A stretch of 36,828 nucleotides of DNA, from the NCBI RefSeq assembly GCF_011745625.1, contig NW_027191523.1, positions 1 to 36,828 on the forward strand. Direction: 5' to 3'. The position numbers and the translations under genes are program-made. This document shows, piece after piece, positions 10,236 through 22,661 of this stretch; the first letter of the stretch is position 1; each line of letters begins with the position of its first letter. Source of the DNA: Cladosporium halotolerans. Lineage: Eukaryota. Under the pieces are notes generated by a model. That model was given only the letters and a program-made list of their open reading frames with translations, made no database searches and was not told the DNA's origin.

Positions 10236-11891
10236 TCAGTCCCCCTTCCGCCTCCCGCGACTGACGCTCCTCGCTTTCTTGTCGCTAGCAGCTCTAGGCG
10301 ACAAGAAGTCATCGGGAACGTCGTTCCAGTTTTCCGTCGCTGCAGCTGCGCCTGTTGAATTCCGCGCCCCTCGCTTCTGCAGCTCTTCATCGCTGCTGCT
10401 CGTATCATACTCATCTCTATCACCCCTTCTCCGGTCAATCTTCTGCATCTCGCTGCCGACGTACTCCGCACCGTTGCCGCTTAACCGCGGTGGCGCAGGG
10501 CGGGGACGATCCACAAAGCCAGCGGGACTCCACCGCCAGTTCCTATTTGCCGGCGGCTCGAAGGTGGGAGTCTGTTGCGCTTGGGCTTGCTGCGCCTGCC
10601 ACTGCATCCGCTGGTTCGCGACATCTTCGCGCGCCTGCGTCCAGCGCGGCGAGACCTCCCACATCCAGCCGTCGCCCGTGGAGTTGCAGATTGGCAGTGG
10701 CCAGTAGAGGGGATTTTCGCCGAAGACGTGGAGAACGTTGCGCCGCCACCCGAGATCGAACGCGTTGGGCAATTTCTCGCTGTCTTGCTCGTCGAGGTAT
10801 GCGTCGTATCGTTCTTGCTCTCGCCGAGCTTCCAGTGATGCATACGATTGGCGGAGGTGGGACCTGGCAGGGGAGTCGACCATCTGGGGAGGTTGCAATG
10901 GTGGGTGTGGGGACGGAGACGTTGACTCGCCCTCCTCGGGGCGCAAGACGCCAGGCAAAGCATTCGCGTGGATTTCCTTGAGGTGTTCAGCGAGAGTTTG
11001 CTCCTCTCCGTCTCCGCCGTTTGTGCTCTCATCGCCAACGTAATTCCGGTTGGCTTGGAGTTGATGTTCCATGTTCTTCCGCAAAGGACTGAGATACCTG
11101 GTCTTCTCGAGGCTCTCAATAGTTGTCTGCCCGGTCGCCGTAAGGTACAGATGCCAGCCAGTGAACCCCGACAGCACTAATCCGATAATGCCTCCTAGTA
11201 CGGCAAGTAGAATCGTGTTGACCACACGCATGCCCTCTTCCATCTGCGCCTGATCCGCAATCTCCATCCAAACCCACCACGCACTCACACCAAAGCAGAC
11301 CCAGCAGAAGAGAGAGGTGTAGATGAGGAACAGCAGGAATGGCTTGTAGTTTCTGAGTCCCGCGCAAGTCGCGAGCCACGGACAGTGATGATCCATCTTC
11401 AGCACGCACTTCCCGCACGTAGAACAATGATGCGATCGGTCAGGCTTGACGGAACGGCATTTCTTGCAGTATCGCGGTTTCCCAGACTGCTTCGCCGTCA
11501 CAGTCGACATCCCCAGCGGTATCTCCGGCTCATCGTCCTCATATGTCGGCAAACCCTGGTAACCTCCTCCTTTTCTCCGTCCAGCTGCGTCACCTCTGGG
11601 ATCCAACGGCGACCCAGGATCCGTGAAGACAGCTATTGTGTAGCTCACGTCTGCAAGGCCGTACAGCAGGACAGATGCTCCGGCCTTGAGGTATGCTGTC
11701 CAATCATTCCCAGAAAAGAAGCTCACATGCACTGCGACCCAGACACTCCATGTCGTCAGGCCGTAGACGAAGAGCAGCGGAAAGTAGGAGAAAGTCTGGC
11801 AGCAGACGCGCTCGACTTTGCGGGCCCAGCTTCTGCGTCGGCGGTGAAATGGTGGACTCGGAGGCGGAGTGGTCGGTCCCAGGGTTGCCAT
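10236..11891 (-). CDS. PFA3: DHHC palmitoyltransferase Pfa3 (alternative in-frame ATG at 11915)
   Basis: CKKCRSVKPDRSHHCSTCGKCVLKMDHHCPW, GLRNYKPFLLFL, TTIESLEKTRY and NAFDLGWRRN; four TM segments; intronless ORF. Confidence 0.92.
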   Translation of the reverse strand: MATLGPTTPPPSPPFHRRRRSWARKVERVCCQTFSYFPLLFVYGLTTWSVWVAVHVSFFSGNDWTAYLKAGASVLLYGLADVSYTIAVFTDPGSPLDPRGDAAGRRKGGGYQGLPTYEDDEPEIPLGMSTVTAKQSGKPRYCKKCRSVKPDRSHHCSTCGKCVLKMDHHCPWLATCAGLRNYKPFLLFLIYTSLFCWVCFGVSAWWVWMEIADQAQMEEGMRVVNTILLAVLGGIIGLVLSGFTGWHLYLTATGQTTIESLEKTRYLSPLRKNMEHQLQANRNYVGDESTNGGDGEEQTLAEHLKEIHANALPGVLRPEEGESTSPSPHPPLQPPQMVDSPARSHLRQSYASLEARREQERYDAYLDEQDSEKLPNAFDLGWRRNVLHVFGENPLYWPLPICNSTGDGWMWEVSPRWTQAREDVANQRMQWQAQQAQAQQTPTFEPPANRNWRWSPAGFVDRPRPAPPRLSGNGAEYVGSEMQKIDRRRGDRDEYDTSSSDEELQKRGARNSTGAAAATENWNDVPDDFLSPRAASDKKARSVSRGRRKGD

Positions 11892-12375
11892 TGTGTCGAA
11901 TGATGTTTGGGGCATCTGCAGAAGATTGGACGCTTCAAGACTTCATTGTGAGATTGGCGGTAGGCGGCAGCTGTCTATGGTGTGATCGGCAGCTCGTCAA
12001 GTCGATGTGATGAGGATATTGATTATGAGACTTATGTCGTCAGAGGCAGTAACAATGCAGTCCAGCTGCTGCAGGTCGGATCGGTCATGTATTGTTGGGA
12101 ATGCGTGGTGTATAGAGGTGCAAGGCGTGCAGGTGTTCGCGCGTCTCCGTGGCGGTGCAGCTGTGCTGCGATGAGGCGTTCGCACGGCGTTGCTCGCTTG
12201 ACCTGCCGCAGTCGCGCGCGCGCAAGAAAGCTCCAAGTCGCATGTCACCAGCAGCGACGGATCTCTGGCCGCCCGCGCATTCAATCTACCTCATCTGTTA
12301 CCACGCGCCTCGTTGTTTGCGCAATCACACCAACTCTTTCCTTTCCACTCGGGCCGCGCAGACTTCCTCGGCATC

Positions 12376-12922
12376 ATGACTTCCACAATCGGCATCCCCA
12401 TCAAGCTCCTCAACGAGTCCACCGTAAGTCAAGTCGCACGCAACAAGCCTCGCAGGCCGGCCTTGTGCTTACAGGAACTCCTCGCAGCTGACTGTCGTTT
12501 CTACAGGGCCACCAAGTGACGGTTGAAATCACCTCCGGACAGACCTACCGCGGCAAGCTCATTGAAGGTGCGTGCGACTACGACAGCTGGGGCAGTGGAA
12601 GAAGATCAGCCATTGACTTGTGACATAGCCGAGGACAACATGAACGTTCAAATGGAGAACATCAACGTGACGCAGCGCGACGGCAGAGTTACCCACTTGG
12701 ACCGCGTGTACATCCGTGGCTCGCACGTGCGCTTGTTCATCGTCCCTGACATGCTGAGGTATGACATGGCTCGAAATGCAGGATGCCAGGGGAACGTCGA
12801 CTGACAGCTGTCACAGAAATGCGCCCATGTTCAGATCTCGTGGTACTCGTGGACGCGGTGTCGGTCTCGCGAGAGGCAGGGCGACAGTCAACCGTGCCCG
12901 CGGTCAGCGCGGTGGCAGGTAA
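12376..12922 (+). CDS. SMD3: Small nuclear ribonucleoprotein Sm D3 (114 aa; exons 12376-12423, 12507-12567, 12629-12758, 12817-12922)
   Basis: Spliced product [44 protein letters not shown]...[42 protein letters not shown]; three canonical GT-AG introns. Confidence 0.96.
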
Positions 12923-13695
12923 AACAGAAAGACAAAGCAGCGCGCGGGAATTCTTAGATAGAGGTCAAGTGGGCTGCAAGATGGAAATGACTCAGAAATG
13001 CATCGGGACAGAACAGCATTGAAGGGCTGTACCTTCCTAGCCAGAAGACCACCGGCCCGGAAAAAGCGACGAGAGAGAGGGGGAGCAAGGGAGCGAGGCG
13101 TCTGGCGTTTGAGACAGAGGTTATGTGTTAAGAAGACACAGGCGAAAAGGTCATCATGGTGTCGTCGTTCTCCATGTCTGCCTTTATTGTTGCTCAGAAC
13201 GACCAAACGGCGTCAACTAGACGACCGCAATTACCAAAACTACGATTCATGGCTCTGGGTGCTTTCAGTTGCGCCATCATCCTTCTCGCGCCACTTTACA
13301 ATTGTTGTGTCCAGTCTTTCCACAGTCCACCGGTTCAAGTCATCATTGGCGGACTCCCTTCGTTTCTTGGTGTCAGGGACGTGAAATCTCACACGCTACG
13401 GTTTGACCATCAGGCCCCATACGAGGCATTAGTGTTTGATAGCCACGAGAGAAAAATTTGCCTGTTCACCTATAAAGTAGCTTCGTATTTAGCTCGCATA
13501 TCGCTGACAGGTTCCAGGTTCGATGAAGTCTGGTCGCATAAGACATCTAGTTCATTCTTAATCCACGTGACCTCTCCACACATGAAGTCGCTCCCCGCAT
13601 CAAGTCCCACCTCCAACCATCTGTCACACCGTTTCCACACCAACAAATCCAAAATGTAGAAACTCAAATTCTCTACGGCTAACGTCAAAGTTGCA

Positions 13696-14625
13696 ATGGA
13701 AATCAAACATCCCCGCCGCCTCCTTATTTTCGGCCCTTCCTCCAGCGGCTCCCTCGATCTCACCGAAGCCCTGACCGGCAGCTCTCCCGTTCCGCACGCT
13801 TCTGGGTCCTGCGCAGGCCTAACCCATGAATGGGCAATTCAGAATGCATACTACAGCGCGACCGTTCCAGTCTGGATAGATGAGGTTGTGGATTTGGACG
13901 AGTGGAAGACAGAATTCATGAAGGAAGAGGCGGGTGAGGTCGTCCGAGCTGTCGGGGCGTGGGTGTACGTTTTCCGGCTGGAGAAAGACGGAAGGGTAAA
14001 CGACGAGGTGGAAAAGGCGCTGAGCGCGCTGCAGGAGGTTGTCGAGGCGCATGAGGGGTTTGGGGCGGAGAGTGTCATGCTTGCTGTTGGGATGTCTCTG
14101 CCCGGCGGCAAGGGTCAGGCCGGCAAACTGGGGAAAGAGCAAAGCGAGGCTTGGGAAGATCTCGTCATGCAGTATGGGTTTGAATTTGTGGAGTTTGCGG
14201 CCGAGGGAACGAATGAATTGGGGGAGAAGCAAGGCGTGGAAAGGGTGAAGGAGGCACTGGAAGCTAATGAATGGGGCGGCGGTGATGCGGAGCGCGAAGA
14301 GGGCCTGGACACGCTGGGTTTGGGGGAGGACGATGATCCTGAGGTTGGGGATTTCGGACATGAGGAGGCAGAAATGACAGCGGAGCTGTTTGGGTTGAAG
14401 GCGGCGTTACTAGGCCAAGATGACGAAGAAGCTGAGGGATACGGAGAGGCCATGGGCGCTGATCTTTCCGCCGACAATCAAAAGAGGCAGGTTGAGGATC
14501 TGGACCGCATGATGACCAAACTGCTGGCAATTCGTGAACAGAGTGCGGATTTACCGGAGGCGCAGCGGAAAAGGATGGCAGCGCAAGCTGTTAGAGACCT
14601 GATGGGTGAAGACTCTCTTGTATGA
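13696..14625 (+). CDS. IRC6: Irc6/p34 alpha- and gamma-adaptin-binding family protein
   Basis: AGLTHEW, NAYYSATVPVWIDE, NELGEKQGVERVKEALEANEW, and a C-terminal MMTKLLAIREQSADLPEAQRKRMAAQAV. Confidence 0.82.
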   Translation: MEIKHPRRLLIFGPSSSGSLDLTEALTGSSPVPHASGSCAGLTHEWAIQNAYYSATVPVWIDEVVDLDEWKTEFMKEEAGEVVRAVGAWVYVFRLEKDGRVNDEVEKALSALQEVVEAHEGFGAESVMLAVGMSLPGGKGQAGKLGKEQSEAWEDLVMQYGFEFVEFAAEGTNELGEKQGVERVKEALEANEWGGGDAEREEGLDTLGLGEDDDPEVGDFGHEEAEMTAELFGLKAALLGQDDEEAEGYGEAMGADLSADNQKRQVEDLDRMMTKLLAIREQSADLPEAQRKRMAAQAVRDLMGEDSLV

Positions 14626-15480
14626 GCGCCGGACATTGTCAGTCCCCATGCGCTGTTTGATGACACTCACGAGAGTGTGGCTTGAGCAGATGATCTCTCC
14701 ACGATGAGATGGCGAGCAACGCTCTACGGTCAGCATTCTACACCCCGCCCCTCGAGTATTCTGTAAATGAAGGTACATTTCTATCGCCGACAAGAAGGCC
14801 CCACTTCGACATCGACATCTCAAACAAGGCACTGACATCTTACGAGCAGTGTTTTCGCCATGCCGATTGCTGTCATTGATTCATCAGTGGGTTCATGGTC
14901 TCTGCGAGCTTTCTCGGGCTCGCTGAAAGGTCATTTTGAGGAGCTCCCCGATCTCAAGAGCTCCCTTTCTGCCCCCGGATCGTGCCAATAGTCCGTTTTG
15001 AAGGACCCCCTGGGTTTCAGTGACGACAGATACCCCTAGACCGCGGTACGCATTCAGCTAGATTAATCGGATCTCCAATTTGTGAGCGATCTCCATTGGA
15101 TGAAACTCATCATGTAATTCAGTAGCTGCTCATCAGAGGCCTGATCAAATGCCGCCGTGGGATGATGAAGTGAAGCCCTATGTCTCAAGGCACCATGTTT
15201 TCAAGAGTGTAATCGACGGGGTCATGCGAGCGCAATCGATTCAGATTGTCCTTATGACACATCAGCACTGAACTTTCTTGCACATCAGGCACGATTAACA
15301 CGTAAGGGCCTTGACCTTGGAGAAGTAGAAAGAAAAGCTTGGTGCACCCAGAACCTTGATGTATCATCGTCGTAGCAGTGTGAAACTGTCAGCTTCCTTG
15401 ATTCTTGCATCATGAGGCTCTTCGGTGCACTTATCCACCAGTATAACCCACCTGGCTGATAGACGCACTTTCTCCGATGA

Positions 15481-15894
15481 ACGGCAAAAAGAAAGCATGC
15501 CTCGTGCATCCTTTTTCCCACCGCTAAGAAGCCTGAGCCCATAAAACATGAGGCTCTTCTCACATCTGCGGTCGAAAACCGACCTCCGCCATTGCAAGGT
15601 CACACGGACAGATATTAATGCATTCTCTGCTCACAGCGTTTCGATTCCTACCGCGATCAGGCCGAGCATCTGCGCGGCGTCCACAGCCTTGAGGGGCCAT
15701 ACATTCGTCACGAAGGCCCAGTAGCTTTCGAAACTGAACGAAACTGGAAAAGACATCGCGATCAACATACTCGGAGTCGATTCTCTAGGGTCTTGGACAA
15801 CTGTCTTGGGCTGGCCTGCCCCTATCAATGCTCATCATCAGATGCGCTCAAACATCATCAGGAACATGACCATACGATAACCACCCCACATTAG
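15481..15894 (+). pseudogene. Degraded C2H2 zinc-finger gene (three fingers)
   Basis: The frame of 15601 reads Y*CILCSQRFDSYRDQAEHLRGVH, PYIRHEGPVAFETERNWKRHRDQH and CPYQCSSSDALKHHQEHDH. TAA at 15616 and many stops in the flanks. Boundaries are approximate. Confidence 0.6.
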
Positions 15895-16497
15895 CCAAAA
15901 TGTCTGTAGCGCAGCTAATTCAACGAATCATCAGCTGCAGCGGCCTCAATTCATACCCTGCACCGGCATTTGCAAGAAGCCGTAGCTAGGCTTAGAAGGC
16001 CATCAGCGAGTAATGAAGACATTGCGCGTAGACACGCGATTATAAGAAGAAGCCAAAGTCCTACCCCAGAGATAGTCGGCGAACTGTGAGGAAATGGTAT
16101 CCATCCTCCGATTCCATTAGAAAAGCTGCAGAGCACGCTTCGTCGGGCCAAGACATCCGCAGGTTTGCCGCCTCGGGCGCATTTCTCGTGATACAAAATT
16201 CGGAGTTGCATTTATTGACAATAACAAGGCAGCAACACTTAAGTTCAGATGCGATGACACGGAAGAACGCTTTGCGGTCAGAGGCAAGGAAGGCAGGCAA
16301 AGAGGCTGCCAAACTTGCGAGAAAGAGATCATAAATATACCTTATGTTTGACAAGATGCATTGCAGCGATATGAGATACACAGGCAACATAAACCACAAA
16401 CTCTCGTTCCTTTCTGACTTCCCCATCCGTTTCCCCTGCATTACTTCTCCTGCCATCTTTCCCACACTTCAACCGCGTGTTTGTTTGTTCATGTTGT

Positions 16498-17765
16498 TTA
16501 CATGTTGGCAAAGATCGCGGCACCACCAAACAGAGCCGCGGCACCAATAGCGCCGGTCTGAATGGGAGCAGCACCCTCTGAGCCAGTGCTGCTGGCCTCA
16601 GGGTTGCCGGCAGCATTGTCGCCAATGGTACCGCCGGTGTTGGTCGGGAAGCCCTCAGCTACAGCGTTAGTAGTCGAGGTGAGAGCGGCATTGGTAGAAG
16701 TGGGCGATGGCTGGCCGGAGGTGAACGGCACGTCACTGGCAGAAGAAGCGCCAGGGTAGGCGTTGGCGGGCTCGTCGTCTGACTCGGTGCCGTTGGCGGG
16801 CGAGGAATCGTTGGCGGAGAGCACGCTGTCAATGACGTGGAGCACGCCGTTGGAGAGCAGGATGTCGCTGTTGATGACACGGGCACGGTTAACGAAGACC
16901 TCGCCGTCGATGATGGTCACCGTGATGTTACCACCGCCAAGCGTGGGCACGGAGCCGTTGGTCAGCGTGCTGCTGTAGGCGACAGTACCATTGATGACGT
17001 GATACTGCAGGACGGACGCAGCATCCTCGACGGAGATGTTGGCAAGGACGGAGGCGATGTCTTGGAAGGCGGCGTTGTTGGGCGCAAAGATGGTCAGGTC
17101 AGGTGTGGTGTTCACAGCTTCGGTGAGCTCAGTCGCATTGAGGGCGCCAAGCAGTGCGGTCAGGTTGGCCTCTTGAGCGACGGTACTGACATTGGGTGGG
17201 ATGGTGAGCAGGCTGTCAATGACATGGACAACGCCACCGTCGAAGGTAAGGTCCTGCAAAGTTTGATCAGCGCTTGATAGGATTGAGATTAGTGACCGTC
17301 TTGACTCACGGCCTCGACAACTGTAGCATTATTCTTCAAGCCAGAGATCACGTAGACCCCGTCGTCTTCAGCGCGGCACTCGACAACCTGTCCGCCAGTG
17401 ACATTGGCGTATGCAGTGTCATTGAGTAGCGTGGCCGGGAAAGCCGGGGTTTCCGTGATGTTTTCGGAGGTGAATTGGCCGATCAAAACGTGGTAGTTCA
17501 GAAGGGCTTGAACGAGACCTTCTTGTCCACTGGAGAGAACGCCGGAGCTGTTCAATGCATTGAGGGCATCGTTGGAGGGGGCAAAAAGAGTAATGTTCGA
17601 AGCACCAGAGAGCGCCTCAGCAACGTCGGGGACGCTTTGCAGCAGTGTGACGAGCGAAGACAAGTTCTGGTTTCCGCTAAGGACGGAAGTCAGGTTCGCT
17701 GGGGCGTCTTGAGCTCTTGCGGCCACGACGGCCAACGCGGCTCCGAGAAACTGTTTCAACTGCAT
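16498..17765 (-). CDS. Secreted, probably GPI-anchored fasciclin (two FAS1 domains) protein, about 403 aa (exons 17765-17310, 17253-16498)
   Basis: Signal peptide MQLKQFLGAALAVVAARA; two FAS1 repeats (ITLFAPSNDA...LNYHVL...GVVHVIDSLL; LTIFAPNNAAF...LQYHVI...NGVLHVIDSVL); 56-nt intron GTGAGT...CTAAT...CAG; Ser/Thr-rich tail with a hydrophobic end. Confidence 0.92.
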
Positions 17766-17864
17766 CTCGATTGTCGACGGTGTATTTGTCTTTGGCTTCT
17801 CCTTGATCGCTGGAATGGAAAGGGCGTACTTGATCCTCACCACCGGCGGGCAGACGCAGCGGGG

Positions 17865-17870
17865 TATATA
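17865..17870 (-). promoter_or_regulatory. Candidate TATA box of the fasciclin gene
   Basis: TATATA 100 nt upstream of ATG 17765. Confidence 0.4.
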
Positions 17871-19943
17871 AGGATTTCATCATTGAAGCACCAGCTCTTG
17901 ACATACGCACTAGACTGCAAAACAAACCTGAGGTGGCACAGTCAAGGACCAATCGTTGCAAATGCCAATGCTTCTACCGCTGGAAGTGCGGCAAGCCGCA
18001 TCCGCGTCGAGTGCATCGCGAGGCATAGACCCAAGCTCTAGACGAACGTTAGTGCTTGGAGGCGGCAGTCATTAGTGCATTACGTAGTGCCAAGGCGGTA
18101 GAGAGTGTCTCGTCGCATTGAGGAGAATCCTTTAGTGAAGACTCAATAGTGCATCTGAGTGGCTGTGTGCATGCTTGGGCGCACGAGCACCCAGCGTAAG
18201 ATGAACAGGATTGCTGGCTGTTGGCGAAGCAGTTCAGCCTGAGAAAATCCAGGGTGAGGTCCAGTAACGTGCAGTCGATCATGGCGGAGAATCTACCCCA
18301 CGATCGCTGGCAGATGTGGAGATGGGAGCTTGGCGCGAATGAGAGCCACCGCCCTGGAACTCTACTTGAGTACCACGGCGTATGACTTGGCTACCTTCGT
18401 ACTGACGCGGCGTTTGTGAGGCTATGCTGGACTGGTGATCGCGCTGTTCCAGCTTACATGATCCATCGCCGATGCTCGAATGGTCAGACACCACTTCATG
18501 CACAAAGAGCGCGAGGGAAGCGAGAGATTCGCTGCTCAGCCCCGTACCCCAATAGCAGTTGCAGGGCCAGACATGCATTTCTTGATGCGGGCAGCAACAG
18601 CCGTGTATCCTTTCGAGACTCGGAGCGGATGGAGATGTCGGCTATCTCTGCCGAGCAGCAGGGAAACCGCGTGCTGGATACTGCCGCCAAGCAAGGGTGC
18701 AAGAGGAGCCATGGCCTGCTTGCTGTGGGCCAAATGCTGGGCTGATGTTAGGGCTGCATTACCGCAATGGCATCAAACACCAGACTGGAATGTCGTGCTC
18801 TCTGACGTTGCATGTGCGGGCTTCAATAGCAGAGCAGGCCTAATTGTCGCTGCGCAGCTGACTGCATAGCATCGCTCGTCGTACATGACTGCAACGATGT
18901 GCTGCTCTGCGTCCACATTGGTGCTTCTTGACGCCATGATGGTAGGTGACCCGGCTGCATCCAAGGAACTCAAAGAAGCACTCGAAACTGGGTGCTATAG
19001 GGACGTGCACCGTCCACGTGCAAGACTCAGAAGCTAATCAGGCTGTGGCATTGACGCCCTCCGCGGATGGGCGGCTTGCTGAATGCGAGAAGGATTGGCG
19101 TGGCAATGTGGCTCGCAAGATGCGGCAGAAACTCGCCGCATCGCGTAGCGGTCGCTGCGGCCAGAACCAACTGCGGCTGCGGCGCAGACGCATTTTTTTG
19201 CTCCAAGTCATCGATCGGGAGCACAATGGTGGCTTGCAACTGCGGGTGCCACTGCCGTGCAGTCGTCGCCTCCAGAGGTGCTCTTGTGCCTGTAACTCAC
19301 TCGCGGAGGTACTATCGCCTGTGAATTGCGGAAGCACAAGTGTGAGTTGACCAAACTCGACTATGCATAGCGTCTGGTAGCGCAAAAGCTGTCGGCGTCT
19401 TAAAAACTTCACCTGTGCTCGTGTGCTGCGGGCATCAGCACAGCAGTGTCCAGACCTCGACAACGCTGGATGTCATCGTTGTGCTCCGAGAAGCGAAACA
19501 ATCCACGCAGCGGCCGTATGCCCAGGACGTCTTTGATCGCGCTGCTTCAGATCTTTCACGGAGACCCCAGAATCTGCGTTTGAGAACCAACCCAATGCTG
19601 GTGATCCCTTTGACGGTCCTGGTGTCTGTTTGTATGCTGGGCCTCCAGGTCATCGGATCTCCAGTTTGGAGTAGCGGGAACACCCGCGCGTTTACGTGAG
19701 TCGTGCCTGACATCGACATCACATGGCTGGCTGTGCCGCCAGCGAGACTTCGACGATACACCAGCTCCCGGATTCCAACCCACTGACTGTTCACTGACCT
19801 ACGCACGCACTCCCTCTCTGCTGAGATTTGAATCGTATTCGGAGCGCCATCAAAGTCGCCCTCCCCGCGCGGCGCATCGCCGACCACCCGGCCTCGGCTT
19901 CACCAACCACCGGCACCGGCAGAGGCACCCTCCATCTACCACG

Positions 19944-20752
19944 ATGGCATCCCGCAAAAAGATCTTGTTGAAGGTCAGGCGCATCGAAAAAGAGCTGGAG
20001 CTGAGGGCATACTGACGCGTGTACCAGGTCATCATCCTTGGCGACAGCGGTGTCGGCAAGACCAGTCTCATGAACCAATATGTATGTCGCGCCCGCAGCA
20101 TGCAAAGCGCAAGGAAAGACCGCTGCAGAAACCCGGTGTACTGATGTTATCCACACACAGGTCAACAAGAAATTCAGCGCCAGCTACAAAGCAACCATCG
20201 GTGCCGATTTCCTGACCAAGGAAGTGCTGGTCGACGACCGTCTCGTGACCATGCAGCTCTGGGACACGGCCGGGCAAGAGCGCTTCCAGTCGTTGGGTGT
20301 CGCCTTTTACCGCGGTGCCGATTGCTGCGTGCTCGTCTACGACGTCAACAACTCCAAGTCTTTCGACACCCTCGATTCGTGGAGGGACGAGTTCCTTATC
20401 CAGGCCAGCCCGATGGATCCCGAGAGCTTCCCGTTTGTGGTGCTCGGAAACAAAGTGGATGTCGAGGACAGCAAGAGGATGATCAGCTCGAAGAGGGCGC
20501 AGGCGTTCTGCCAAGCAAAGGGCGGCATTCCGTATTTTGAGACAAGCGCCAAGGAGGCTGTGAACGTAGAGCAGGCTTTTGAAGGTATGCTGGCAGCTAT
20601 GGACTTGCAAAATCGACAGCATGGAAAACTGACATTTCACAGTCATCGCAAGGAACGCGCTCGCGCAGGAGGAGTCGCAGGACTTCAACCCTGACTTCCC
20701 GGAGACGATACCCATCAACATGAACGAGAGCAATGAGGGATGCTCCTGCTAA
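19944..20752 (+). CDS. YPT7: Rab7-family GTPase Ypt7 (205 aa; exons 19944-19973, 20028-20081, 20161-20584, 20643-20752)
   Basis: [67 protein letters not shown], and a C-terminal CSC prenylation motif. Confidence 0.97.
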
Positions 20753-21259
20753 TCGAGGCGTGGCTAGACAATTCATTTTCTTTTCCGTCGAGGTCACATT
20801 CTATTCAAGCATGACGAGGCGTTGGTCTACCCGTCGCATAAAGGAGTCTTTTACTATCCTGGGATGCACCACGTCCATCTTACGAGATCCTCGAGATTGT
20901 AGATTAACATTGTACATACCCGGTTTTTGATTGAGCGAAGAACATTCAATACACTTCTACTCCTGCCCATTGCCAATTGCTTGGAGGGTTGGAGAGCCGT
21001 TCGGAACAACATCACGTGACGTTTCGACGTTGCTCCGCCGATAAGCTATCTCTGGCCGTTGCAGGTTCACATGCCAGCCCGCGTGCCGCACGACTCACTC
21101 ACATCCCCTCGTGCCCAAGCCCCGTGCCTGTTCCTGCGTCTGCACCCACGCCTGCCCATGCATCCCAGCGTGGACCGCAGTCTCGCTCTTCCGACCGTCC
21201 CTCCTTGATATCCCTTCAAAGTCCGGGACCTTGCGAATCCTGCGACCATCAACACCATC

Positions 21260-22661
21260 ATGGCGAGCCTGGAGCCGCCAGTCCCTACGAGCGCGGCGTA
21301 CGTTCTGGAGACGCCGCAAGATCGGGTCGATTCATTTGAAGAGCGAGGCATCCTGGGCTGGAACAAGAAACATGGGAGCTGGACCAGATGGCGGCGCGCC
21401 GTGGGCCTGCTGCTCCTGTTTATGACCGTCTTTCTCTGGACAGTGTCCAACTTCCTTGCAAGCGTGAGTGATCTCTGCCGGAAAGATAAGACTTGCAACG
21501 ACTGATCGACCTCACCAGACAATCTTTGCAGACAACACCTACAGCAAACCATACTTCGTGACCTATCTCAACACTGCCTTTTTCATCATCCCGCTCGTGC
21601 CCATCCTGGTCCGGAAGTTCAAGCACCAACCTGAAGAGATCGAGGAGTGGCGCGCACAGTGCCACGACAAATTGAGACACAAATATTCTCCCGTGCGGCC
21701 GCTGCTCGGCGAGTCGCCATACCGTAAGACCGCAAGCGGCTCGAACGACGACGATGCCCTAGCCGGCTCGCAACAACTACTTCTAGGCGAAGACAACGAA
21801 GAAGAACAACCCTCGCTTCCCCAAAAGAGCTCGTCCGATCAGCTCAGCATCCCCGAAACCGCTCGTCTTGGCCTAGAGTTCTGTCTCCTATGGTTCGCAG
21901 CCAACTACTTCGTCGCTGCCTGCCTAGAATACACGACCGTCGCTTCCAGCACAATCCTCACCTCTACCAGCAGCGTTTTCACCCTGCTCTTCGGCTCCAT
22001 CTTCCGCGTCGAGAAGTTCACCCTGAAGAAATTCATCGCCGTCCTCGCCTCCCTCGCTGGTATCGCCCTGATCTCTTCAATAGACCTCTCCGGCCGCGAC
22101 AACGACGCCGACCACCGCGGCGACTTCCCGGAGAAGACCACCTGGGAGCTTGCGGTTGGCGACGGGCTGGCTTTCATGTCCGCCGTCATGTACGGGCTGT
22201 ACGCGGTGTTCATGAAGTCGCGCATAGGCGACGAGTCCCGCGTCAACATGCCGCTGTTCTTCGGCCTCGTCGGGTTGGCGAACGTCGTGCTTCTCTGGCC
22301 GGGCTTCTTCATCCTGCATTTCACCGGGATCGAGACTTTTGCTCTTCCGCCTACGCCGTTCGTCACTTGCATTATCCTCGCGAACTCGCTGTCGAGTCTT
22401 GTCAGTGACATTGCGTGGGCTTATGCGGTGCTGCTCACGAGTCCGATTGTCGTCACGGTCGGGCTCAGCATGACTATCCCGCTGTCGCTTGTGGGGCAGA
22501 TGGTGCTGCATGATCAGAAAGCAAGTGTGCTGTATTGGGTGGGTGCGGTGGTGGTTGTTTTGAGTTTCGTCTTTGTGAATGAGGAAGAGAAGAGGGAGGA
22601 GGAGGAAGAGGAAGAGGAGGAGAGAATTACTGATGAGGAGAGGCTGGATGGCAGGGCGTAA
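21260..22661 (+). CDS. DMT/EamA-type transporter, SLC35F5/Thi74-like (448 aa; exons 21260-21463, 21519-22661)
   Basis: VFLWTVSNFLAS|TIFADNTYSKPYFVTYLNT, LWFAANYF, YTTVASSTILTSTSSVFTL, VLLTSPIVVTVGLSMTIPLS; 55-nt intron GTGAGT...CTGAT...CAG. Confidence 0.88.
22581..22623 (+). repeat. Imperfect GAG/GAA tract encoding a poly-Glu C-terminal tail
   Basis: gaggaagagaagagggaggaggaggaagaggaagaggaggaga lies within the transporter CDS. Confidence 0.7.

Noticed and set aside
14903..14965. Two short hairpins (GCGAGC/GCTCGC; GGAGCTC/GAGCTCC), with a box C-like ATGATGA near 15162
   Set aside because: The stems are short enough to arise by chance. There is no convincing tRNA fold, C/D terminal stem or rRNA guide.
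18000..19800. Many short ORFs between the fasciclin gene and YPT7
   Set aside because: No domain signal or consistent splice pattern; treated as a divergent intergenic region.
19974..20027. Weak YPT7 intron 1 donor (GTCAGG)
   Set aside because: It is still GT-AG with a good CTGAC branch and yields the canonical Rab7 N-terminus.
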